Origin: Octopus bimaculoides
Lineage: Eukaryota
Direction of reading: 5' to 3'
Length of the DNA: 49,552 nucleotides
Assembly: GCF_001194135.2 (NCBI RefSeq)
Contig: NC_069001.1
Span: 7,683,879-7,733,430, forward strand
Shown here: positions 22,356 through 32,244 of the stretch, one piece after another
Position numbering within the stretch: the first letter of the stretch is position 1
Layout of the letters: every line of letters begins with the position of its first letter
Program-made: the position numbers and the translations under genes
The notes under the pieces: model-generated
The model's database searches: none
Told to the model about the DNA's origin: nothing
What the model saw: only the letters and a program-made list of their open reading frames with translations

Positions 22356-22427
22356 NNNNNNNNNNNNNNNNNNNNNNNNNNNNNNNNNNNNNNNNNNNNN
22401 NNNNNNNNNNNNNNNNNNNNNNNNNNN

Positions 22428-23040
22428 ATGCTGTGATTGAGAAGACCTGGCAAGCCAAGTGAGACCATAACTGTGGCTTATGCCAGTGCTGCATAACCAG
22501 CCCATTTAAGAGTACCCTTCAATTATTCGATAATAAACTATGCTTGTGAAGACCTGTTGAAGCAAGTGATATCATTGTCGTGGCCAATGACAATACTACC
22601 TGATTGGCACCCGTGCCAGTGGAATGTCAAAAGCACCATTCGAGCATGATTGTTGTCAGGGCCACTGACTGGCTCCCATGTCAGTGGCACATAAAAAGCA
22701 CCATTCGAGCGTGATTGTTGCCAGCATTGCCTGACTGGCTCCTGAGCTGGTGGCACGTAAAAAGCACCATTCGAACATGGTTGTTGCCAGTGCCGCTGGC
22801 ACATAAAATACACCATTTTGAGTGTGGCCGTTGCCAGTACCAGCCTGACTGACCTTCATGCTGGTGGCACGTAAAAGCACCCACTACACTCTTGGAGTGG
22901 TTGGCGTTAGGAAGGGCATCCAGCTGTAGAAACTCTGCCAGATCAGATTGGAGCCTGGTGTAGCCATCTGGTTCACCAGTCCCCAGTCAACCCATGCTAG
23001 CATGGAAAGCAGATGTTAAACAACGACGATGATTATGATG

Positions 23041-23045
<5 letters not shown>
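22428..23045 (+). mobile_element. RTE LINE 3' end: last ORF2 codons plus long 3' UTR with internal ~66-bp repeats
   Basis: Starts with AVIEKTWQAK* (compare RQAK* at the 4.7-kb copy). It has 4-5 repeats of GTGCC..TGGCAC.TAAAAAGCACCATTCGAG (22612-22882), then GGTTGGCGTTAGGAAGGGCATCCAGCTGTAGAAAC, and ends AACCCATGCTAGCATGGAAAGCAGATGTTAAAC with a GAT-type tail. Confidence 0.8.
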
Positions 23046-23072
<27 letters not shown>

Positions 23073-23204
23073 ATATATATAAATTAAAGAAAAATGAAGG
23101 AACAAATAGAGTCAGCTGTTTAATGATAACTACACGTCAATTAGTATGCTGTCTTTTGACTATTTATTCTTTCATTTTTATTTTTATTTTTATTCCTCTC
23201 ATTC

Positions 23205-23240
23205 CTTTCTGTCGAAGAGCATAGGCTCGAAACATCAAAC
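23205..23240 (+). ncRNA. Hammerhead-like motif with variant core (probably decayed)
   Basis: CTTT-CTGTCGA-A-GAGC ATAG GCTC-GAAAC-AT-C-AAAC. It has a perfect 4-bp stem II, but U at the conserved A6 position and a broken stem III pair. Confidence 0.4.
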
Positions 23241-23764
23241 TTTTCCATTCTTCCTAAGCTTTAAACCAATACACTCGCTGCTTGTTCCTTCACCTGTCTT
23301 CATCTTTTGTTTCCTGTTAATTTGGTCTAGAAAGTCATAAACAATTTGTTTTCCTATTCCATTTGCGAAATACACAAATATTTTATTCCATTAACTATCA
23401 TTTACAATATGTACGATATTTCAGGCGAGCTTCATTTATCATACGCATTATAATGGATATCATGATAATCACAGTGGACAGCTATCACAATATATCGTTA
23501 ACTTGTATTACGGTTTATGCATCACATATAATTGTAGATTCGTGTAATAAACGCACAGAAGTACTCTGCTATGCAGTAGCACCGATATCAGATACCAATA
23601 AAATAGATATAACACTGTGATATACATGTCATATATTGGGGAGAATGAGAAATATATTGCACATTGTAATATCATTCTACATGCCTATGTGCTGATGTCG
23701 CATGTAAAGCACTCCTGCCACATATGAGGCACTTGTGAGGGTGCCACATATGAGACCACCTCAT

Positions 23765-23912
23765 ATGTGCGGTAAGGCGCTTACTTCCCAAACACATGGT
23801 TCCAGGTTCAGTCCCACAGCATAGCACCTTGGGCAAGTGTCTTCTACTATGACCTTGGGCCGACCAAAGCCTTGTGAGTGGATTTGGTAAATGGAAACTG
23901 AAAGAAGCCTGT

Positions 23913-23976
<64 letters not shown>

Positions 23977-24135
23977 CCCAACATCACTTGACAACTGATG
24001 CTGGTGTGTTTACATGCCCGTAACTTAGCGATTCGGCAAAAAGGGTCCGATAGAATAAGTACTAGGGGATCGATTTGCTTGACTGAAGACAGTGCTCCAG
24101 CATGGCCACAGTCAAATGACTGAAACAAGTAGAAG
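23765..24135 (+). mobile_element. SINE family B, full-length with internal (TG)n
   Basis: Head GTGCGGTAAGGCGCTTAC..AGGTTCAGTCCCAC, CORE-like CCTTGGGCAAGTGTCTTCT, (TG)n at about 23919-23971, and 3' end CATGGCCACAGTCAAATGACTGAAACAAGTAGAAGA. Confidence 0.9.
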
Positions 24136-24373
24136 AAGAGGAAAAGAAAAAAGCATGTTGTCTAATTCACAATTACTGAGAACGGTGGCGGTGGTCATGG
24201 CAAAAATCGTCTTCGCCGTCAACAACATCACCTAACAGTGCTGAGTTCAAATTCTTGTGCGGTTATGTTACAGTACATAACAGCTGAATGAGATCTATAA
24301 TCATTTCAACCAGTGACCTGCTTCCCATTTCAGCTGATAATCATAACTTGTCAACAACTGAGCATTTAGGTAC

Positions 24374-24410
<37 letters not shown>

Positions 24411-24603
24411 ATTCGTGTACACACACACAATCAATGAAGTGAATGTCTTATTTTAATTTCTGGATTTTTTTTTTCCTCCACCTCTTCACACTACGGTGTT
24501 TATGCGTTTTTTGGGGGGGTTTTTCTGAAATATAGGTGCAGGCAAGGCTGTCTGGTAAGACGAATTGGGCTCAATACTTCTTACTCAATACTGCGGAAGG
24601 ATC

Positions 24604-25117
24604 ATGAGGTCGACTTTGCCTTTCATCCTTTCGGGGTCGATAAATTAAGTACCAGTTATGCACTGGGNNNNNNNNNNNNNNNNNNNNNNNNNNNNNNNNN
24701 NNNNNNNNNNNNNNNNNNNNNNNNNNNNNNNNNNNNNNNNNNNNNNNNNNNNNNNNNNNNNNNNNNNNNNNNNNNNNNNNNNNNNNNNNNNNNNNNNNNN
24801 NNNNNNNNNNNNNNNNNNNNNNNNNNNNNNNNNNNNNNNNNNNNNNNNNNNNNNNNNNNNNNNNNNNNNNNNNNNNNNNNNNNNNNNNNNNNNNNNNNNN
24901 NNNNNNNNNNNNNNNNNNNNNNNNNNNNNNNNNNNNNNNNNNNNNNNNNNNNNNNNNNNNNNNNNNNNNNNNNNNNNNNNNNNNNNNNNNNNNNNNNNNN
25001 NNNNNNNNNNNNNNNNNNNNNNNNNNNNNNGGGTCGATGTAATCGACTTAATCCATTTGTCTGTCCTTGTTTGTTCCCTCTATGTTTAGCCCCTTGTGGG
25101 CAATAAAGAAATAAGAA
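24604..25117 (+). mobile_element. SINE family A variant with L1/Tx1-like tail (gap inside, probably a collapsed tandem array)
   Basis: Body GAGGTCGACTTTGCCTTTCATCCTTTCGGGGTCGATAAATTAAGTACCAGTT and tail TATGTTTAGCCCCTTGTGGGCAATAAAGAAATAAGAA. The two sides of the N-gap join at an overlapping GGG of the same element. Confidence 0.8.
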
Positions 25118-25224
25118 GTATTGGGCTCAATTTGCTCAGCTAAAACCTTTTAAAATGGTGCTCCAGCATGGCTGCAGTCAAATGACTGAAGCAAGTAAAA
25201 ATATAATAGAAAAAGAATTATGTT

Positions 25225-25590
25225 GTACTATGGTAGGGGGATTCCGAAAGGGGTCTCAGGGAGTAGCAGAGTAGCATCCCTGCCTTCCTGAGCTAGTTTT
25301 CCACCACATTTCTTAAAAATTGTGGTAGAGGCCTTGGTTTAGGGACCACTCATGTCTAGAAACTGAGGTTGGGGGTAAGCAAGGGAATGCTCCCCGTAGA
25401 AAATCCAGCTTTAAAAAATCCCCATGATAGCAAAAGAGAATGGGCACCAGCCAGCCCAAAGGTTGGGGTGGGCTGCACCTGCCTACCTCGGTTGCTATGG
25501 CATTGATGTAGATTCGGCCACCCCTATTTAATAGGGACAAAACCTGGATTTAAAACACTACTGGATGATGATGATGATGATGATGATGTG
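25225..25590 (+). mobile_element. Putative RTE-derived non-autonomous element
   Basis: GGTTGGGGGTAAGCAAGGGAATGCTCCCCGTAGAAAA motif reminiscent of RTE untranslated regions, and a (GAT)n tail at 25565-25588. Based on recognition only. Confidence 0.3.
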
Positions 25591-26444
25591 GTCAATTTGT
25601 TCAACAAGGCAGCCCCAGCATGGGCACAATGACCGAAACAAGCAAAAGACGAGATTTTTAAAGCAGAAATAGCTACAAATATATCGACGTATATGTAAAT
25701 ACTTACACATGTATACATTTTTATGAATGTGCATAAGTATACGTTTATGGCAGCCTGTGCGTATGTACATGCAGAACCTCATGCCACATGTATGTTTGTG
25801 TTACTGTATGCATATATGCATTCGTTTGTGTGTGTGTGTACCGATGTATGTGTGTGTGTGTGGAGTTTACCTACAGCCATTTACTTAAAAAATAACAATA
25901 TTTAGAAAATAAACTACATTTTTTTTTTTTTTCCATTTTACCCCTTTTTCTTTTTTATAACCCACTTTGTTACATTTTTAAGCTTGCATTAATCCAAATC
26001 CCTTTAAACACACACACACACACACACACACATAAACACACACACACATATATATAATCCCCAAAACCATTTAGCAATTCTTAGGAGGAATGTGAAAAAC
26101 GTTAATCAGATTAAGAATCTGATACCACAGCAAACCGTTCTCAATTCTGTCACAAATATGAAAACATTATCATGAAGAAAAAAAAAAAACAAGAACCAAA
26201 ACAAATAATCCTAAGTTCCTAACAGAAATTCAGCTTCATTCTTTAATCTTTAATCTGATGTCGTTAATCTTGAGATTTAAAGTCCCGTTTTAGTGTATGA
26301 TAATACTAACGTTAAAAAACTGTCCATAAATATTCTAACAGGGAGCTTTGGGGGCTTATTGTTTTAGGGTTTCACTAGAAGGAGGAAGGGATTTATCTAT
26401 GACCCTTGACCCTTTTGTAAGGTCCCTGATACTAGTTGGAAGAA

Positions 26445-26570
26445 GGGACACTGTTGTTGTACTTGTACCTGTGGCAGCATTCATCTGGGATGGGTTTAGT
26501 CGGCTCTGGCCCCAACGAGTTCATGTCCCTTACGAATGCTGACCACATTTGATGGGTGCAGCAGTGGAGG
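26445..26570 (-). mobile_element. 3' end of a second RTE-type LINE
   Basis: Minus translation ..WSAFVRDMNSLG.. followed by GATGAATGCTGCCACAGGTACAAGTACAAC, typical of RTE elements ending in (CAAGTA)n. Confidence 0.55.
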
Positions 26571-26687
26571 CTGTAATGGATATTCAATGTGAAAGTGCAT
26601 GGTTTAGTGGGTAGGGCATTTGGCTTGTGATCATTAAGGTTATGAGTTTGATTCCCGGTAGGGACTCAAGGGGAGTCTACACCTTAA

Positions 26688-26785
26688 CCCTTTAGCATTT
26701 AAGCCAGCCATATCCAGTCCAAATAGCCTATGTGTTTTATGTTTAAATTGGCCAGATCTAGCCTCTTACACCTACATTACAAAAC
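26688..26785 (+). mobile_element. Left end of a piggyBac-like MITE (truncated)
   Basis: TTAA followed by CCCTTTAGCATT. TTAA plus a CCC terminus is typical of piggyBac. No matching right end was found. Confidence 0.4.
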
Positions 26786-26789
26786 CTTT

Positions 26790-26842
<53 letters not shown>

Positions 26843-27099
26843 CTGTCCCCTACCACTGTTTGACAACTGGTGTTGGTGTGTTTACATCCCTGTAACTTAG
26901 CAGTCTAGCAAAAGATATCAATAAAATAAGTGTCAGCTTTTAAAAAGAAAATAAGCACTAGGGCAATTCATTTGACTAAAAATTCTTCAAGGCAGTGCCC
27001 CAGCATGGCCGCAGTCTAATGGCTGAAACAAATATAAGACAACGGATATATGAGCACCATACTTCAACATCATTTTCTTTCAAATCAGTTGAAAATATA

Positions 27100-27450
27100 A
27101 TTCTTTATATTTTGGTCAAGAGAACTGCCACACAAGCTGAAAAACTTCTATTTCTGGATGTGATGTTTTATACAACCAAAATTTGCCATCATCAGTGTAG
27201 TGGACAATTTTCCTGCTAATTCCAGAGGGACCCGAGTTTGTTATGAGTGAGCTTTGATCTTCGATATAAGATTGTTTTTTTTGTTTTTTTTACCAATTTG
27301 CAATTTCAGCAAGAAGAGATTTGTAACAAGACCCTTTGATGTTCTGTTTTGTGTTTCTTCTAATACTTCAACTTCAAGAAACAGAGTGAAACCATGTAAA
27401 ATTTTTTCGACAGAGTTCCATTTGTTGTGGCAGTCGATGTATTCACTTTA
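27100..27450 (-). pseudogene. Possible decayed hAT transposase fragment
   Basis: EYIDCHNKWNSVEKILHGF loosely resembles the hAT D-x-x-T-R-W-N-S motif, and KFWLYKTSHPEIEVFQLVWQF loosely resembles the C-terminal dimerisation region. Motif match is weak. Confidence 0.25.
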
Positions 27451-27819
27451 GCGACGGAAATATATGTTGCAGTGCAGTCAATTTTAACTTGCCTTTGTAT
27501 TTCCTTATTGATATTTAGCCGGACTCATTTTAATCAAAAGACTTTATATTATCAGGCCTTAAAGCACATTTCATTCAACAACAACAACAACAACCCAACT
27601 CAATGAAATTCCATTTTTTGTTTTGGAGAATTTTCATTTAGATAATTAAAAAACATTTCCTAAAGGTAACACAGCTTTTAATAATGTAAGATATACAGCA
27701 AGTGTGACTTCTGCATGCTAGAGAAAGAGGTATAAAATGAGATGTGACTTCCCCATCTAACTACTGATGTAGAATATGCAAATTTTCATAAGTGGGTAGC
27801 GATTTTCTTCACTATTTCA

Positions 27820-28085
27820 GGGAGTGACAACCCTGTCTGACACAAGTCCTGGGCTCAGATGGCTCCGACTGATAGTATCTGGTATGGGCCTCTATCCAGG
27901 GTTACGGAAAGGAGACAACCTTCAAAGAAATCCGGAGTGGAGCCCCGTATGCGGTTTAGTGTTTGACTCGACACTCTTCCAGCAGCTCCTGCAACCAAGC
28001 TGGTGCCAAACGTAATGCTCTGCACTCCTTTGGACTATGTCAGCAAGATCGAGAGAGGAATCCTGACGATTGGGCTGAAACAAGT
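27820..28085 (+). mobile_element. Possible LINE (RTE-like) 5' UTR remnant
   Basis: GC-richer island containing GGTTACGGAAAGGAGACAACC..CCGGAGTGGAGCCCC..GCCAAACGTAATGCTCTGCACTCC. No coherent ORF. Based on recognition only. Confidence 0.3.
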
Positions 28086-28646
28086 TAAAGATGCTTGCAT
28101 GGGTTGGATTAAGTCCATTGGAGTAGATTTTCTAAGGACTGATGTCCTTTTTGTCAGCACCCTTCACCTGTTTCTAAGTAAGGCTTCCACACANNNNNNN
28201 NNNNNNNNNNNNNNNNNNNNNNNNNNNNNNNNNNNNNNNNNNNNNNNNNNNNNNNNNNNNNNNNNNNNNNNNNNNNNNNNNNNNNNNNNNNNNNNNNNNN
28301 NNNNNNNNNNNNNNNNNNNNNNNNNNNNNNNNNNNNNNNNNNNNNNNNNNNNNNNNNNNNNNNNNNNNNNNNNNNNNNNNNNNNNNNNNNNNNNNNNNNN
28401 NNNNNNNNNNNNNNNNNNNNNNNNNNNNNNNNNNNNNNNNNNNNNNNNNNNNNNNNNNNNNNNNNNNNNNNNNNNNNNNNNNNNNNNNNNNNNNNNNNNN
28501 NNNNNNNNNNNNNNNNNNNNNNNNNNNNNNNNNNNNNNNNNNNNNNNNNNNNNNNNNNNNNNNNNNNNNNNNNNNNNNNNNNNNNNNNNNNNNNNNNNNN
28601 NNNNNNNNNNNNNNNNNNNNNNNNNNNNNNNNNNNNNNNNNNNNNN

Positions 28647-28695
<49 letters not shown>

Positions 28696-28799
28696 TGGAT
28701 TTATGTATTTTTATACATATGTATATATTGGATTTATATATTTTTATATATGTATCTTGTCTGCTGTTCTTTCTGGTTTTGCCCTCCCTCTCTCCCTAC

Positions 28800-28940
28800 C
28801 TCCAAGACACCGAAATGACACAGCCAGCCATCTTGAAATAATTCTACATGAATGGAAATACAGGAATTTCGTTCAGTCCAAGAATCAATGGCATTCATTG
28901 GATGCTTCTGGAAATAGACACCAATCTTTCTGCAAACATT
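28800..28940 (-). CDS. Candidate coding exon (NVCRKIGVYFQKHPMNAIDSWTERNSCISIHVELFQDGWLCHFGVLE)
   Basis: Acceptor tacttaccattttcaccag|A, donor GAG|gtaggg, 141 nt = 47 open codons (phase 0-0). An overlapping plus-strand exon (28807-28952) has even stronger splice signals, so the strand is uncertain. Confidence 0.35.
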
Positions 28941-29388
28941 CTGGTGAAAATGGTAAGTACTTGACATTTATTAGGAGTAGCAGTGGCTTTCTGTTTTTCA
29001 CTAAAAGACACACAAACAAGACCAAAACAAACAATAAAAAAAATCCCCTCCTCTCTCTCTTTCTCTCTCTCCTCATTCCCCTGTTTCCAACCACACCCAC
29101 TTCCCTCTGTCTTTCTACCACTTTTAGCATTGTCAAGTTCTCTAACACACACGTGTACACAGACACACATTCCCTGATATGTGTGTATAATTACATTTAG
29201 GATTAGGTGAACTTGTATTAGTTTGTCTAATGTGTGTGTATGTACATATCTATACATAATACATATAAATACACACACACACNNNNNNNNNNNNNNNNNN
29301 NNNNNNNNNNNNNNNNNNNNNNNNNNNNNNNNNNNNNNNNNNNNNNNNNNNNNNNNNNNNNNNNNNNNNNNNNNNNNNNNNNATATAC

Positions 29389-29419
<31 letters not shown>

Positions 29420-30054
29420 CATATATATGTGTTTATGTGTGTGTGTGTATATATATATATATGTATATGTATGTGTGTATATACATACACACATATCTAA
29501 GTACAATAGCCAATGAACACACACAAAATTAATATTTCATATATGCAAGTGCAGCCGTATTCTTGTCTATTTTTACAACAAGACTCAAAGTATGCAGACA
29601 GCAATGACAACAACAGGAACAACAACTACACAGGTATGTGGTTGCTGTCCTGCTTTTCGCAGACTTATTATTCCAAGAATATCTTAGTACTTATACACAA
29701 GTACACCCGCCCACACACACACACAGCTTACTAATTACACACATATATACACACACCTTATTACATACACAGTTTATTGCACACATGCGCATCTTACACA
29801 TGCATGCTTACACAGCACACAACCCTATACACATACACACACAGCTTACTACATGTATGCAACTTATTACTTACATACACACACAAACATACATACACAC
29901 ACATCTTGCTACATATATACATTTTACTATACATATGCACATCTTATGCACACAGATTAATTACAGTACATTATACGACATATATATACATATATATATA
30001 CATATATACTGTATGCATACAGCTTACTATACAGACAACTTACTACACGCCCAC

Positions 30055-30190
30055 ACAAACCTTAATACACGCCCACACACACAATACACATACACACACA
30101 CACCTAAATACACGCCCACACATACAATACACACACCTTAATACATGCCCACACACAATACACACACCTTAATAAACGCCCCCACACACA
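30055..30190. repeat. ~31-bp minisatellite (CACACCTTAATACACGCCCACACACAATA-like), 4 units
   Basis: Direct read. Confidence 0.75.
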
Positions 30191-30192
30191 AC

Positions 30193-30194
<2 letters not shown>

Positions 30195-30225
<31 letters not shown>

Positions 30226-30410
30226 CATTTCAAATTTTGGCACAAGGCCAGCAATTTTGGGGTAGGGGATAAGTCGATTACCTCAACCCGAGCAACTGAA
30301 GTGGTACTTATTTTATCGACCATGAAAGAACGAATGACAAATTCGACCTCAGCGGAATTTGAACTCAGAACGTAAAGATGGACGAAATGCCACTAAGCTC
30401 TCTGCCTCAG
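30195..30410 (-). mobile_element. SINE family A with (AAT)n tail
   Basis: GCACAAGGCCAGCAATTTTGGGG..GGTACTTATTTTATCGACC..GCGGAATTTGAACTCAGAACG. Confidence 0.85.
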
Positions 30411-30801
30411 TAACAACAACAACAACAACAATGATAATATTGATCAATATCATAATTACCTCTTCTGTAAAAGGTTTTATAATGTACAGCTAAATTGCTT
30501 TAAATATTACATGCTCTAATGCACTAGAAACTTTTTTCTTGAATTATGTGCTGCTGAAACTGGAATGCATCTTATGTGACCATGCATCTTTTATGCAACC
30601 AAATACAGTAATACAGCAAACATTTAAAAACAATCCTGTGTATGGAACAAAATCCAGGACATAATTTATGATAGCTTTATATTACAGTGTAACTACATTG
30701 GAAATTAGCATTAGCATTACAGCTTGTGTCTGAATAGTTTCCATAGGTGGATTCTCTTTCTGTTACTAACCATATTACAGAGTGTTCAGGATACACTTTA
30801 C

Positions 30802-30834
30802 CATGACTTCAGCACAAGAGAGGCTGTCTTGTTC
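30802..30834 (-). CDS. Weak candidate micro-exon (EQDSLSCAEVM)
   Basis: Pyrimidine-rich acceptor ..cctccatacactgccag|G, donor ATG|gtaaag, 33 nt, phase 0-0, in frame with the 28800-28940 candidate. Confidence 0.2.
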
Positions 30835-31273
30835 CTGGCAGTGTATGGAGGCATAATGGGGACATAATAGTAAATAGACAGAGAGAGATTCAAATGTTGA
30901 TATATTGTATACTCTCCACTGTCATAATTGTCCATCATTTTTACATTTGTTTTTCTGCTTGCAGAGTTGAAGGGTACACGTGTGTCTACATAGTTGTGAA
31001 GCTTGCGTATATATCATGTGGTCATAGGTTCAGTTCTACTGCATTGTACCTTGGGCAAGTGTCTCCTATTCTGGCCTCATACCAACCAAACCTTGCGAGT
31101 GGATTCAGTAGACAGAAATTAAAAGCCGTCTGGACATGCGTAACCCTGTGTAGATATTACATGATGGTTGTAGTAGACAAGCATCATCATCATCATCATA
31201 CAACATTGTTCATCTCCAGCCTTTACCTGAAAAACATGTCTAGCCACGAGAAATGTGGTATCTCACGATGGTT

Positions 31274-31426
31274 ACAATACCAATGGTTGTAAGAGCTCTT
31301 GGAATGATCAAAAAAGGAACTGAAAAGTATTTGAGAACAATCCCTTGTTTACCATTCATGCAGGAAATGCAAAAGATTGTCTTAACTGGTACATCATACA
31401 TATAAAGGAGAGCACTGTCACTGTAA
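31274..31426 (+). mobile_element. R4/Dong-like LINE ORF C-terminal fragment inserted in a SINE B/D copy
   Basis: TIPMVVRALGMIKKGTEKYLRTIPCLPFMQEMQKIVLTGTSYI*RRALSL*, the characteristic last helix region of RLE-type LINE ORFs (..VIGALG.IKK..QK..LLGT..IL R..L*). Confidence 0.8.
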
Positions 31427-31659
31427 ATTTTCTTTCCTTTTCCCCCCCCCCCTTTATTTTCTTTGTTCATCTCCAGCCTTTCCCTGAAAAACATGTCTAG
31501 CCATGAAAAATGTGGCATCTCAAGACGGTCACAATACTACCATGTTCAGAAACAGGAAGGGTACCCAGCTGGAGAAAAATCAGCCTCAACAAATTCCATC
31601 TGACTCATAAAAGCATGGAAAAAAATGGATGTTAATTGATAATGAAGATGGGTTAGGTG

Positions 31660-32125
31660 GATGCTCTCTGCATCACTGAGTTTTGCCAGAAACAACAGTC
31701 CTTTGTCATTTACGTTCTTGAGATTTAGCATCATAAAATAGGTCTTTGCTACATTTTCTCACGCCTTTCGTGGTCTCCGTTTTCTACAAGTTCTCACCAC
31801 TTTAAGCGCTTGGCACTTCTTTATGCAACTGACATACACCTCACATGTCCATACCAATACAATCTTTCTTATTGCACATCACATCTGATCCGATATCTCT
31901 TGCATCTAGATTTAATCTTAGCTCATATTATGCTCAGTCATTCATGAGCCCTCGACTATTCAAGGCCCACATCTCACTACAATGCACCATTACACTTCGT
32001 ATACAAGCTTTATACCATCTAAACCTCACTCTGACAGACAACTCTTTTGTTATCAAGAGAGAGATAAACAGCCCCCTAAACTTTTTCCACAACATTCTTA
32101 TTCTGACAAGTATTCACTAAGAACA
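31660..32125 (-). mobile_element. Decayed RTE LINE ORF2 3' fragment
   Basis: Frameshifted minus translation ..RIRMLWKKF..LLITKELSVRV..YKACIRSVMVHCSEMWAL..LYWYGHVRCM..SCIKKCQALKVVRTCRNGD.. matches the RTE post-RT region. Confidence 0.75.
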
Positions 32126-32199
32126 CCTGCCCCTACAGTTAATTAGGTCACCCCATATATATATATATATATATATATCATCATCATCATCATCATCAT

Positions 32200-32244
<45 letters not shown>

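Noticed and set aside
27820-27925. Possible HDV-like ribozyme at a putative RTE 5' end (also 25225-25400)
   Set aside because: I could not build the nested double pseudoknot (P1-P4) by eye. An RNAMotif/RNArobo search would be needed.
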